Shown here: positions 1 to 10,188 of the stretch, piece by piece | Layout of the letters: the number at the start of each line of letters is the position of its first letter | Position numbering within the stretch: the first letter of the stretch is position 1 | Assembly: GCA_964549105.1 (NCBI GenBank) | Contig: CAZJTZ010000001.1 | Coordinates: forward strand, 284,632 to 348,631 | DNA: 64,000 bases | Reading direction: 5' to 3' | DNA from: an uncultured Nitrospirales bacterium | GTDB lineage: Bacteria; Hydrogenedentota; Hydrogenedentia; Hydrogenedentales; Hydrogenedentaceae | Notes under the pieces: generated by a model | Seen by the model: the letters and a program-made list of their open reading frames with translations, nothing else | The model's database searches: none | Told to the model about the DNA's origin: nothing | Position numbers and translations under genes: made by a program

Positions 1-2657
1 TAAATCTCGAACTTATAAATACATACAAAATTATTGAAGGGTTAAAGGGTATCTCCCCATACAATTCAATAGACTTTCCGTTCCCCGTTCCAGAACGGGT
101 TCTTTGTGAAATTGAAGATGCGCAAAATAGGTATCCTGACCGTTTTCAAGAAGGTTTAGACCGTAGTGGATATTACAATCCCTACATAAGAGAATGCTTA
201 AAAAAAGAGGGGCTACCTCAGGAATTATGTTGGGTAGTAATGATAGAAAGCATGTATAAATTGAAAGCATTTTCTACTGCAGGTGCTGCGGGTATGTGGC
301 AGTTTATGCGTTCCACAGGTGAACATTATAACCTACGAATAGACTCGTATGTAGATGAAAGATACAACTGGGTTGTCGCTACATCTTCAGCAATTGATTA
401 CTTACAAAGATTACATGATTTCTTTAACGGAAGTTGGGAACTTGCTATTAGTGCTTACAACATGGGAGAAGGCGGATTGCTTCGTGCAATCGAAGCCAAT
501 GGTGGAAATAGGAACTTCTGGACACTTATAGAAACAGCCCCTGCATGTTATCGCATTAAGGAAGAGACAAAGAAATATTATCCTCGTTTTCTCGCATATA
601 TACTTATATGTAATGACCCCGTATCGTATGGTTTTTCACCTTCTCCTTATACCCCAATCAAATGGGATGAAATTGAGATACAGGGGATGTATACATTAGA
701 TATATTAGATGAGGTTATGGGTTACCAACCCGGCACCCTTTCTACATGGAATCCTTTTTTAGTGCGAGAAGTAACCCCACCCCAGGGCTGTAAATTGATG
801 CTCCCTGCAGGAGATGGCATAAAATTAGCAGCGGCTTTGAATAATTCACTTGTTAAGCAGGCTGAACTTATAGCATATACCGTTAAAAAAGATGAAACCG
901 CCTACCATATAGCGAGAAAACACGGTATTTCTGTCGAAGAACTTTTGAAAATTAATGGATTAAATTCTGTCAAATCTGTAAAGACAGGGAAAACGATTCA
1001 AGTCCCATCAGACAAAAAAGGTTCTATTACTTTTGCAAAAAGTGAACATAAAGAGAAGGAAAAGGACAAAGAAAATCAACAATCGGAAGAATATTATATC
1101 GTAAAAAAGGGAGAGACTTTATTCACAATAGCCAAAAATCATAATGTTGAGGTAGAAGACTTAGCAAGTTGGAATGGGATTAAAGAGAATCAAAGATTGA
1201 AAGTTGGAGATAAAATTGCCCTTAAACCGATAAAAGAGCAAGAAATAAACGATAGTTCCGTTCCAGAACTAAAAAACGAAGAGAATAAAACGGTGGTTAT
1301 AAAGAATATTTATTACACAATTAACTCGGGTGATACGGTAAGTGCCATAGCCAAAAAATTCTCTACCCAACCAGAAAAGATTATGGAAATGAACAATCTT
1401 TCTACAAAATCTATACTTCGTATTGGACAAAAACTGATTGTAGGGAAAGAAACGATAGAAGAAGAGGCAAAATCAGAACCCATCGCTATTGCCTCCAATA
1501 CTTCGACTGTAAACACTAATTTTATAGACGATGGTACACAAAAAACATATAAAGTTCAAAAGGGAGATACCCTTGGAAAAATTGCCTCATTAAATAAAAT
1601 TAGTTTAGATAACTTAAAAAAATGGAATAATATGAATGAAAATTCGGTTCTTAAAATAGGTCAAAATTTATATCTTTATAATCCTGAATCTCCAAAGGTA
1701 GAAACTGTAAATGATAATCAAACAACTGGAAAAATCTATGTAGTGAAACAAGGAGATACCCTGTCTAAAATAGCGAAAGAAAACAATGTATCATTGAAAA
1801 GTGTTTTAGAATCAAATAATCTTAAAGAAAATTCTCGTTTGCAAATCGGTCAAAAAATTGTTTTATCTCAAAATTTGGCAAAAGAAGAAATTGTCAAGCC
1901 TCAATCGTCAGTAAAAAACACACCGATAAATACAGCAAGTTCACTTCAAAACGAAGGACCCAAATCGGATATTATTTCACCTCAAGAATCTGTAAAAACA
2001 GTTGAACATGTAGTTCAGCCTGGCGAATCATTGTGGTCTATTTCAAAAAAATATAACATTAATGTAGCAAAGATTACCCAGAATAATCCTGGTATAAATT
2101 CTGAATCATTAAAAGTAGGAACAAAACTTTCTATTCCGACATCTCAAAATTTATTATTTGCTTCTGAAACAAAAACGATAGATAAAACGGCAAAATCAGA
2201 ACAACAGACAACTACTCTAAGTGAACCTGCCAATCAACAAATAAGTGAAGAGGCAAAACAGGTGGCAAAATCAGAGCAACCATCAGATTGTATTATCTAT
2301 CAAGTGCAGCCCGGTGATAATTTGTGGATAATTGCCAGAAGGAATAATGTTTCTGTATCCGAAATAACACAATGGAACAATATGGATAAATCTGCCCAGT
2401 TAAAGATTGGACAGGCAATAAAAATCTATTCAAATACTCAGCAGAAAACAGTTACAAATAATAAAAAACAAATATCTACCTCTTCTGTAAAAGACAAAAA
2501 AGAAGAACAAACAAATACTTACACTGTGCAAAAAGGAGATTCTTTATATACTATCTCAAAGAAGACCGGGGTCCCTTTGAAAAGAATATTAGAAATTAAT
2601 AATTTCAACGAAGCAAAGGTTCTCCAAGTAGGAGAAAATGTAAGAATAAGCCAATAA
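1..2657 (+). CDS. Membrane-bound lytic murein transglycosylase (MltD-like), 5'-truncated by the window edge. N-terminal SLT/transglycosylase domain followed by eight tandem LysM domains.
   Basis: The frame is open from position 3, upstream of the track Met at 240 (…FQEGLDRSGYYNPYIRECLKKEGLPQELCWVVMIESMY…). SLT-type motifs are present (ESxF-like MIESMYKLKAF, AISAYNMGEGG). Eight repeats of the LysM pattern Y-x-V-x-x-G-D-T-L-x-x-I-A… are visible (e.g. YTVKKDETAYHIARKHGISVEEL, YIVKKGETLFTIAKNHNVEVEDL, YKVQKGDTLGKIASLNKISLDNL). Confidence 0.85.
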   Translation, partial: NLELINTYKIIEGLKGISPYNSIDFPFPVPERVLCEIEDAQNRYPDRFQEGLDRSGYYNPYIRECLKKEGLPQELCWVVMIESMYKLKAFSTAGAAGMWQFMRSTGEHYNLRIDSYVDERYNWVVATSSAIDYLQRLHDFFNGSWELAISAYNMGEGGLLRAIEANGGNRNFWTLIETAPACYRIKEETKKYYPRFLAYILICNDPVSYGFSPSPYTPIKWDEIEIQGMYTLDILDEVMGYQPGTLSTWNPFLVREVTPPQGCKLMLPAGDGIKLAAALNNSLVKQAELIAYTVKKDETAYHIARKHGISVEELLKINGLNSVKSVKTGKTIQVPSDKKGSITFAKSEHKEKEKDKENQQSEEYYIVKKGETLFTIAKNHNVEVEDLASWNGIKENQRLKVGDKIALKPIKEQEINDSSVPELKNEENKTVVIKNIYYTINSGDTVSAIAKKFSTQPEKIMEMNNLSTKSILRIGQKLIVGKETIEEEAKSEPIAIASNTSTVNTNFIDDGTQKTYKVQKGDTLGKIASLNKISLDNLKKWNNMNENSVLKIGQNLYLYNPESPKVETVNDNQTTGKIYVVKQGDTLSKIAKENNVSLKSVLESNNLKENSRLQIGQKIVLSQNLAKEEIVKPQSSVKNTPINTASSLQNEGPKSDIISPQESVKTVEHVVQPGESLWSISKKYNINVAKITQNNPGINSESLKVGTKLSIPTSQNLLFASETKTIDKTAKSEQQTTTLSEPANQQISEEAKQVAKSEQPSDCIIYQVQPGDNLWIIARRNNVSVSEITQWNNMDKSAQLKIGQAIKIYSNTQQKTVTNNKKQISTSSVKDKKEEQTNTYTVQKGDSLYTISKKTGVPLKRILEINNFNEAKVLQVGENVRISQ

Positions 2658-2770
2658 TAATAATGTTTATTTTAACTATAAACCACTTCTAATAATTTTG
2701 TTTATTTTGATTTCAGAATTTTATATAATCATATAACAGGTGTAATAGAGGCATTAAAAGGAGAAAATAT

Positions 2771-3337
2771 ATGAAGAACATAATGTATTTATTTCCTCTG
2801 TTCCTGTTGTTATGTTGTGTTTCTATATGGTGTGAGGACAACAAAGTTATAGGAGATGCAGATATGTCATCAAGTCCGAAATTAACTATTGTTAGCCCTG
2901 CTTTCAAACTGGGCTCGCCTATCCCAAAAAAATACACAGGGGACGGTCCCGATGTTTCACCTCCTCTTAATTGGGATGGGATTCCTGATGGGACAAAGTC
3001 CCTCGCTTTAATTTCCGACGACCCAGATGCCCCTGTGGGAACATGGGTCCATTGGGTAATCTTCAATATCCCTCCAACGGAAAAGGGACTTCCTGAAGGG
3101 GTTCCCAAACAAAATAGTCTGGCAAATGGTGCGAGACAAGGGACAAATGATTTCCGAAAAGTTGGGTATAATGGTCCTGCACCACCACCGGGTAAACCGC
3201 ATAGATATTATTTTAAGTTATACGCATTGGATATGATACTTGACCTGCCCGCAGGTGCAAAAAAGTCAGATTTACTAAAAGCAATGGAAGGGCATATTTT
3301 ATCACAAGCAGAATATATGGGAACTTATCAAAGATAG
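2771..3337 (+). CDS. YbhB/YbcL-type PEBP family protein (Raf-kinase-inhibitor-like), secreted.
   Basis: N-terminal signal peptide (MKNIMYLFPLFLLLCCVSIW). PEBP hallmark segments DDPDAPVGTWVHW and GYNGPAPPPGKPHRYYFKLYALD. A good SD (AAAAGGAGAAAAT) precedes the ATG. Confidence 0.8.
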   Translation: MKNIMYLFPLFLLLCCVSIWCEDNKVIGDADMSSSPKLTIVSPAFKLGSPIPKKYTGDGPDVSPPLNWDGIPDGTKSLALISDDPDAPVGTWVHWVIFNIPPTEKGLPEGVPKQNSLANGARQGTNDFRKVGYNGPAPPPGKPHRYYFKLYALDMILDLPAGAKKSDLLKAMEGHILSQAEYMGTYQR

Positions 3338-3438
3338 ATTGTTTTAGGGTCATTGTAAAAGTTAAAACATGAAAAAATAGTAACCAATGAGGTGTCTTTT
3401 AAATTTTTTAATTATCAAAATTATGGAAAGGGAATAAA

Positions 3439-6400
3439 ATGCTTCCATTAGAAGTAGAACATAAGTTGGAAAATCGTCTTGGAGCGATTAACAAGTGGCG
3501 ATACGGAAAGATATGTGATGTGATTTTAGAAATGGCTTCGACAATGGAGCATTTTAGGCAACCACCTGAACATCTTGAATATGAACCTGCACCAGTAGGC
3601 TCAAAATGGGGAAAGCATTGGGAAACGGTTTGGTTTCGTGGAAAAATAGAAATTCCGAAACAATACAAAGGGTATCGTGTTTATTATCGTCATGAGAGCG
3701 TTACTGAAAAGTTGCTGTTTGTCAATGGCAAACCTTATGCCGGTATGGATTTGAAGCATAAAGAAGTATTACTCAATCCTTATGTGCGAGGAGGTGAGCA
3801 GTATGATATTTATATCGAGGCTTATTGTGGTCATCCGATTATAGGAGTTGAAGGCTATGATTTAAAATTGCGAACCCTACATTCTATTGGCGATGCTCCG
3901 ACAATTGACCCACCACTTGAATTAGAATCAAGTGAACTGCTTTTTGAAAGAACCCATGTCTCACAACTATATTTTGATAGTTTCGTTCTTTTACAAACAG
4001 CAAAAATTCTCGACATAAATTCTTTAAGGCGAGCAAAGATATTACAAGGGTTAAATGAAGCGTTAGACCTTATTCCAATACATTGGGAAACGGAGGAAGA
4101 ATTAGAATCGGCAGTAAAATCTGCTCAGAAATTAATTGTCCCACTGCTAAAATGTCATAACAGTTCTACAACACCTTTTATTGGTATCGTGGGACATGCG
4201 CATATAGATATTGGTTGGCTCTGGCCTGTCAAGGAAACAATACGAAAGGCATCCAGAACATTTTCAACGATATTATTACTAATGGATACTTATCCTGAAT
4301 TTCGTTTTATCCAATCCCAGCCTGTCTTATACCAGATGATAGAAGAACATTATCCTGAACTACTTGCAAAAATAAGTAAAAAGGCAAAAGAGGGGCGATG
4401 GGAGCCTAACGGTGGAATGTGGGTCGAGGCAGATAGCAATATTGCTGGTGGAGAATCATTAGTGCGACAATTTCTTGAAGGGATTAAAGCAGTAAAAAAA
4501 TATTTTGGCTATACTCCTGATACCTTGTGGCTACCCGACGCCTTCGGTTATTCGGCTGCTTTACCACAAATTTTGAGTAGATGCAATATTAAAAACTTTG
4601 TGACAAGTAAATTGAGTTGGAATGATACCAACCGATTTCCTTTTGATACCTTCTGGTGGCAGGGTATTGATGGTTCTCGAGTTTTTGCACACTTTTTAAC
4701 GACAAGAACGGGTAGTTATAATGCCTTTCCAACACCTACTGTGATAAAAGAAACCTGGGATTATGTTCAGCAAAAAGAGATACAGGATTCTGTGCTTTGT
4801 TCTATTGGATATGGTGACGGAGGTGGTGGAACAACATTGGAGATGATAGAGATTGCTCAAAGGTTAAAAGATTTGGAAGGTTGCCCTAAGGTTGATTTTG
4901 TAAATGTATCAGAATTTTTATCAAAACTTCGGGAAGAGACAAAAAACGAACTTCCTTGCTGGGTCGGCGAACTTTATCTCGAATTGCATAGGGGGACATA
5001 TACTACTCAAGCACGGACAAAGAAATACATGCGGAAATTAGAATTATTGTTTCGAGAAACGGAACTCTGGCTTTCTTTAGCACTTGTATATGGATATGAA
5101 TATCCATCTCAGAAATTGGAACAATTATGGAGAAAATTGCTGACCAATCAATTCCATGATATTCTTCCTGGAAGTTCTATCCGAGAAGTATATCAAGTTG
5201 CAGAGCAAGAATTTGCAGAAATAGAAGAGGAATTAAAGGATATCAAGCAATCTGTTATTAAATTTCTAGGCCAAAAGATATGTTCAGACCCAGAAAATCA
5301 TGGCTATTTAGTATGTAATTCCCTTTCCTGGTCAAGGAATGAGGTTATTTTTATTCCAAACAATGATTATAATGAAGCGGTAAATGTGAAAGGGGATAAT
5401 TTAGAAACACAGCAAACTCAGGACGGTTTATACATCTATCTGGATTTGCCTCCTATGAGTATTGTCCCTATTGGGTTAAGGAAATCTGAAAGTATTAAAT
5501 TAAGTCCATTTGTCAATTTAAATGATACATTGGAAACACCATTTTATCGTGTAAAATTTGATAAAGCAGGAAGAATTATTAGTTTATGGGATAAAGAGGC
5601 ACATAGAGAGATAGTGAAGCAAAGAAATTATTTGAACTGTCTATATACTGCAGAAGACATACCCATTTCCTGGGATGCGTGGGATATTAATGCTGATTAT
5701 AGAGATAAAATACGATACGAAGAACATCTTTTATCTACTGAAATAATTAATGATGGTCCGATTTTACACACCATCCGCCGTCAATATAATATTGGGAAAA
5801 AATCAAAATTAACACAGGACATAATTTTTTATGCAAAAAGTCGTAGAATTGACTTCAAAACAGAGGTAGATTGGCAAGAACGGCATACAATCTTAAAAAC
5901 TGGTTTTAACTTTGATATTCTGGCAGAAGAGTTTAAAAATGAGATACAATTTGGTCATGTCGTTAGGCCTTTACATCAAAATACATCATGGGATAGAGCC
6001 AAATTTGAAGTGTGTGCCCATAAGTGGGTAGATGTTTCGGAAGCGGATTATGGGGTCGCCTTATTAAACGACTGTAAATATGGACATGATGCCTTTAACG
6101 GTCGTATCTCTTTGACCTTGCTTCGTTCGCCTATGGCACCAGATATGGAAGCAGACCAGGGCAAGCATCAATTTACCTATACTATTCTGCCCCATATCGG
6201 AGAGTTCAGTGTTAAAACAGTTGTGCATGCTGCCTATGAACTAAATGTCCCTTCCGAGGTGTATATTCATGAAAAACAAAATAATTTATGTGAGGAAAGT
6301 CTTATATTAGGTTGGGTGAACAATCCCAATGTTATTATCGAGGCTGTGAAGAAATCTGAATCCGATGACTCACTCATTATCCGACTATATGAAGCAGGGA

Positions 6401-6570
6401 AAACAAGAGGGCAAACTACAATTTCCTTCCCATTCCGTATTCGAAAAGTGTATGAATGCAATATGTTGGAGGAAAATCTTGTTTCATTAGATATTACGAA
6501 TGGAGATACAATATTAATAGACCTTGCTCCATTTGAAATTAAAACATTAAAAGTATATTATCGTAGTTAG
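3439..6570 (+). CDS. Glycoside hydrolase family 38 alpha-mannosidase (1043 aa). No signal peptide, so predicted cytoplasmic.
   Basis: GH38 N-terminal catalytic motifs (GHAHIDIGWLWP, FWWQGIDGSRVFAHF) and C-terminal GH38 beta-domains. SD GGAAAGGGA is upstream. Confidence 0.85.
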   Translation: MLPLEVEHKLENRLGAINKWRYGKICDVILEMASTMEHFRQPPEHLEYEPAPVGSKWGKHWETVWFRGKIEIPKQYKGYRVYYRHESVTEKLLFVNGKPYAGMDLKHKEVLLNPYVRGGEQYDIYIEAYCGHPIIGVEGYDLKLRTLHSIGDAPTIDPPLELESSELLFERTHVSQLYFDSFVLLQTAKILDINSLRRAKILQGLNEALDLIPIHWETEEELESAVKSAQKLIVPLLKCHNSSTTPFIGIVGHAHIDIGWLWPVKETIRKASRTFSTILLLMDTYPEFRFIQSQPVLYQMIEEHYPELLAKISKKAKEGRWEPNGGMWVEADSNIAGGESLVRQFLEGIKAVKKYFGYTPDTLWLPDAFGYSAALPQILSRCNIKNFVTSKLSWNDTNRFPFDTFWWQGIDGSRVFAHFLTTRTGSYNAFPTPTVIKETWDYVQQKEIQDSVLCSIGYGDGGGGTTLEMIEIAQRLKDLEGCPKVDFVNVSEFLSKLREETKNELPCWVGELYLELHRGTYTTQARTKKYMRKLELLFRETELWLSLALVYGYEYPSQKLEQLWRKLLTNQFHDILPGSSIREVYQVAEQEFAEIEEELKDIKQSVIKFLGQKICSDPENHGYLVCNSLSWSRNEVIFIPNNDYNEAVNVKGDNLETQQTQDGLYIYLDLPPMSIVPIGLRKSESIKLSPFVNLNDTLETPFYRVKFDKAGRIISLWDKEAHREIVKQRNYLNCLYTAEDIPISWDAWDINADYRDKIRYEEHLLSTEIINDGPILHTIRRQYNIGKKSKLTQDIIFYAKSRRIDFKTEVDWQERHTILKTGFNFDILAEEFKNEIQFGHVVRPLHQNTSWDRAKFEVCAHKWVDVSEADYGVALLNDCKYGHDAFNGRISLTLLRSPMAPDMEADQGKHQFTYTILPHIGEFSVKTVVHAAYELNVPSEVYIHEKQNNLCEESLILGWVNNPNVIIEAVKKSESDDSLIIRLYEAGKTRGQTTISFPFRIRKVYECNMLEENLVSLDITNGDTILIDLAPFEIKTLKVYYRS

Positions 6571-6584
6571 AAATAGGAAAAACG

Positions 6585-7061
6585 ATGGATACGAAAGAAA
6601 AAGATATAGATACTTGTCTGTTAAATTTTTCACATGGCTGTATACGCTGGATTGTTCGATTTCTTACATTAATGATGATTATTGTGATTGCTTACTCGGC
6701 ACTGGATATTGTTAGTATAGTCACTTTAAAAATAATAAACATTCCAGAATTTTTCATCACGATAGATGACCTGGTTGATATCTTTGGTGCTTTTCTTAGC
6801 GTTTTAATTGCAATAGAAATATATGAAAATATCGTGCTTTATCTGCGAAGAGATGCGATTCATGTTCAGGTAGTTGTTGCTACGGCCTTAATTGCAGTAA
6901 GTAGAAAAGTTATTGTGATGGATTTTAATAAGGTAGAAGCCTTTAATATTCTTGCATTAGGAGTATTAGTAATTGCAGTTGCTACTGCCTATTGGCTTGT
7001 AAGTTCGAGAAAAATAATGTTAAACGACGAAAGCAAAAAACATGAAGTAGCCGGTAGATAG
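6585..7061 (+). CDS. Small polytopic membrane protein, PsiE-like (phosphate-starvation-inducible E family).
   Basis: 158 aa with about four hydrophobic helices. Its architecture resembles the PsiE family. There is a good SD (AGGAAAAACG ATG). Confidence 0.4.
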   Translation: MDTKEKDIDTCLLNFSHGCIRWIVRFLTLMMIIVIAYSALDIVSIVTLKIINIPEFFITIDDLVDIFGAFLSVLIAIEIYENIVLYLRRDAIHVQVVVATALIAVSRKVIVMDFNKVEAFNILALGVLVIAVATAYWLVSSRKIMLNDESKKHEVAGR

Positions 7062-7062
7062 T

Positions 7063-8040
7063 ATGAAAATGTATACAGTTTTAAAGACTACCGCTTTAAC
7101 AAAAAAATATTCAGGGCTATCAGGAACGAGAAAGTTTGCAATAGAGGACCTTTCTTTAGAAGTTAAGAAGGGAGAGATTTTCGGTTTTCTTGGGCAAAAT
7201 GGCGCAGGTAAAACAACTACCATTAAAATAATTTGCGGGCTTTTAATCCCAACCTCAGGCGAGGTCTATATCAACGATATAGAAGCAACCAATCCTATTT
7301 CCCGAAAAAGTCTCGGTTATCTGCCTGAACAGCCCTATTTCTATGAGTATCTTACCCCGCGTGAGACTATTAACTTCTATGGGCAATTAAAAGGCATGCC
7401 ATCAAAAGAAAGACAACAAGAATGGCTACGACTTGCTGAAATTCTCGATTTGCAACCCATTGCAGATATTCGGTTAAAAAATTTTTCCAAAGGCATGAGA
7501 CAAAAAATAGGTTTTGCTATTGCATTGGTGGGTAATCCTGATTTATTGATATTAGATGAACCCATGAGTGGATTAGACCCAGTAGGGAGGAAACATATCC
7601 GCGAACTGATACAACAGCAAAGAGAATTAGGCAAAACAATCTTTTTTAGTTCCCATGTATTAAGTGATGTAGAGCAACTTTGCGATAGGGTAGGTGTTTT
7701 GTCCTCAGGCAAACTTGTAGCCATAGGGCATATCAAAGAAATCCTACAGCAAGATGTGAAAAGGGTTGAAGTAGTATTTAAGGATTTAAATGAACTATCA
7801 ATTCAATCTCTTCAACAGAAAGGCTCGCTCATTAGAAATTGGGAGGACTATACTCATTTTCAATTTGAGGATTTAGCAACAGCAAATCAGGCAATTACAG
7901 AGGCACTTCAAAAAGGTGGATTACTAATAGAATTAGCCCCACAAAAAGAGACGCTTGAAGATTTTTTTATTCGAATGCAGATAAAAGAAGATAGTCAGGG
8001 GAAAAAGGAGAAAATCTATTATTCTCAGGTAGAGGAGTAA
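7063..8040 (+). CDS. ABC transporter ATP-binding protein (ABC-2 type).
   Basis: Walker A GQNGAGKTTT, ABC signature FSKGMRQKIGFAIAL, Walker B LLILDEP, H-loop SSHVL. Confidence 0.9.
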   Translation: MKMYTVLKTTALTKKYSGLSGTRKFAIEDLSLEVKKGEIFGFLGQNGAGKTTTIKIICGLLIPTSGEVYINDIEATNPISRKSLGYLPEQPYFYEYLTPRETINFYGQLKGMPSKERQQEWLRLAEILDLQPIADIRLKNFSKGMRQKIGFAIALVGNPDLLILDEPMSGLDPVGRKHIRELIQQQRELGKTIFFSSHVLSDVEQLCDRVGVLSSGKLVAIGHIKEILQQDVKRVEVVFKDLNELSIQSLQQKGSLIRNWEDYTHFQFEDLATANQAITEALQKGGLLIELAPQKETLEDFFIRMQIKEDSQGKKEKIYYSQVEE

Positions 8041-8043
8041 ATC

Positions 8044-8808
8044 ATGGGGAAAATAATTGCCGTAGCATATAATACTTTCCGCGAATCTGTGCGAGATAAA
8101 GTATTGTATGTTCTGTTATTTTTTGCTATCGCAGTTATCATAGGTTCAAAGGCAATTGGCTGGATTAGCATAGGTCAGGACATAAAAATTATTAAAGACC
8201 TTTCATTGGCAGGTATATCTATCTTTGGAGCTTTAATTGCAATTTTTGTGGGCACGAGTCTGGTGTATAAAGAGATAGATAAACGGACAATCTATACTAT
8301 CATCGCTCAACCGCTTTATCGTTATGAATTCGTAATAGGCAAGTATCTGGGTTTGTCTGCTTTGATAGCGGGGGTGGTTATATTGATGAGTCTAATCTCT
8401 GCTGGATATATAATGATTTTAGGTGGAGAAATAAACCATTGGTATTTCATTGCCTCTTTTTTGATATTTATGAAATTACTTTTAGTCACCGCACTTGCCG
8501 TGCTATTTTCAACATTAAGTTCACCCATACTGGGTGCTATTATGGTATTTTGCTTTTATGTATTTGGTCATGCCACAGGCGTATTAATCGACCTTCCTCC
8601 CCAATTTGAAGGAACATGGAGTAAATCCATATTACAGGCTCTATATTACATACTTCCAAACTTTTCTAACTTTGACATTCGTTCAGAAGTCGTCAATGGG
8701 ATACCTGTCGCCTTTTCGTATATCATTTATGCAACTATTTATGGAATCCTTTATTCAATTTTCTTCATATACCTTGCCACATTAATGTTCCAGAGGAAAG
8801 ATGTATAA
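8044..8808 (+). CDS. ABC-2 family transporter permease.
   Basis: 254 aa with six predicted TM helices. It sits immediately downstream of the ATPase with SD GGAGGAG. Confidence 0.75.
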   Translation: MGKIIAVAYNTFRESVRDKVLYVLLFFAIAVIIGSKAIGWISIGQDIKIIKDLSLAGISIFGALIAIFVGTSLVYKEIDKRTIYTIIAQPLYRYEFVIGKYLGLSALIAGVVILMSLISAGYIMILGGEINHWYFIASFLIFMKLLLVTALAVLFSTLSSPILGAIMVFCFYVFGHATGVLIDLPPQFEGTWSKSILQALYYILPNFSNFDIRSEVVNGIPVAFSYIIYATIYGILYSIFFIYLATLMFQRKDV

Positions 8809-9880
8809 TCAACAATCATTGATAAAAAACCTGTTTCATATCTTTCTTATTGTAGTCATAATCTCTCTCATTATTATTGTCCAATACCAAATAACTTCTA
8901 TTCATCGTGCTACAAGTAAAGACCTGCTCTACCTGCCTAATGAAAAATTATTGAGACATTTTACTGCTGGGTTAGACTCGGTTATAGCAGATTTATTATG
9001 GATACATTGTTTACTGTATACAGGCTCAGAAATCAAGGGCGATTATGAATTTAAATGGCTAGAGAAAATGCTAAACGCTGTGGTTCAATTAGACCCTTAT
9101 TTTAGAGAAGCGTATCGTTTTGGAAGTATCTTTCTGTCCTCTTTAAGAGCCGATTCAGACGCAGCAATAAACTTACTACACCGAGGCATGTATTATCGGC
9201 CGGAGACATGGGACCTACCTTATGAAGCGGGAATGATTTATCTCCTGAATAGAGCAGGTGAACCAAACTCAAAAAAACTTGCTGCTTTTTACTTCGCTAT
9301 GAGTGCTGCAACAGGAAAAGCACCACAGTTTATTATTGACCTGGCTGAAAAATTAAATTACGAATATGATTTGATTGAGGTGGAAAAGGATATGTGGGCT
9401 AATCTATTAAATAGTGAAGACCAACTATTAAAAGACTTAGCCAAACGGAAATTAATTCTGGTAGAAATAAAACAGGTGTGTCGTGAACTTAATAATAGAT
9501 TGGAACAGTATAAAAAAACATACAATAAATTGCCAGAAAAGTTAGAAGATTTAGGACTTGCCTTAGAGTCCATAAAAGACCCATTAGGAGGCACATTTTT
9601 TATAACAAAATCAGGGAAGGTTGAAAATACTACAATTTTAGACGAACAACAGGAACGAAACAAGCACTTATTAGAAAATGGAATAAAAATGTATCATGAG
9701 CGATTTGGAACTTATCCCTCTGACCTTAAAGGATTACTTGAAAAACAAGTAATGACCTTTCTTCCTGAACAGCCTTATGAAGATAGAGAATGGGTTTATG
9801 ACCCCAAAGCAGGGACTTTATCATGGCGTTTTCGTCAAGTAGATTTACATCCCTCTAATACCACCACAAATAACCAATAA
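8801..9880 (+). CDS. Membrane-anchored hypothetical protein. N-terminal TM helix, a TPR-like helical region, and a C-terminal region with two pseudopilin (GspG)-like motif pairs.
   Basis: Overlaps the permease gene by 8 nt, so it is likely co-transcribed. N-terminal TM helix IFLIVVIISLIIIV. C-terminal motifs YKKTYNKLPEKLEDLGLAL followed by DPLGGTFFI, and MYHERFGTYPSDLKGLLEK followed by WVYDPKAGTL. These resemble the Y-x-x-x-G-x-YP…L…L / DPWG-x-x-Y-x-Y pattern of type II secretion pseudopilins. Confidence 0.55.
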   Translation: MYNQQSLIKNLFHIFLIVVIISLIIIVQYQITSIHRATSKDLLYLPNEKLLRHFTAGLDSVIADLLWIHCLLYTGSEIKGDYEFKWLEKMLNAVVQLDPYFREAYRFGSIFLSSLRADSDAAINLLHRGMYYRPETWDLPYEAGMIYLLNRAGEPNSKKLAAFYFAMSAATGKAPQFIIDLAEKLNYEYDLIEVEKDMWANLLNSEDQLLKDLAKRKLILVEIKQVCRELNNRLEQYKKTYNKLPEKLEDLGLALESIKDPLGGTFFITKSGKVENTTILDEQQERNKHLLENGIKMYHERFGTYPSDLKGLLEKQVMTFLPEQPYEDREWVYDPKAGTLSWRFRQVDLHPSNTTTNNQ

Positions 9881-10188
9881 CTTTTACAATAAGCACCTTT
9901 TTATACAATAAAGAAAAAAAATGGGAGACGATGTATAGAGTTGATTTATCAAACCCCTGAATTATCTTTGTTTATAGAACGCAATAAATTGAGCCACTAC
10001 ATTTTTTAGTATGTATAAATGACCTGGCACAATTACAAAAAAGACGCAAAGATACTTCTGGGTTTTCGATATTTTTTGGTTAAGAATAAATTGAACCGAA
10101 CGACTAAAACTCACAAGTAGTGAAGAAGAAATTATCTTACTTTTGCTGGTGCTTTTTTTGCATTCTTTGTGGTTAGAAGATGTTTTTA

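Noticed and set aside
31-270. Numerous 60-140 aa ORFs on the opposite strand of, or out of frame within, long genes. Examples: 31..270, 1313..1516, 2713..3108, 3008..3202, 7377..7736, 12663..12950, 15153..15560, 19554..19819, 20845..21345, 27287..27631, 28663..29073, 37716..37958, 45187..45553, 58390..58660, 60005..60353, 62471..62776.
   Set aside because: They lie inside strongly supported CDSs with clear family motifs and have low-complexity or atypical composition. These are typical shadow ORFs in an AT-rich genome.
10019-10045. TGGCAC hexamer as a sigma-54 promoter.
   Set aside because: The sequence 5 nt downstream is CAAAA, not TTGC(A/T), so the -12 element is absent. It is also positioned between convergent gene ends, not upstream of a gene.
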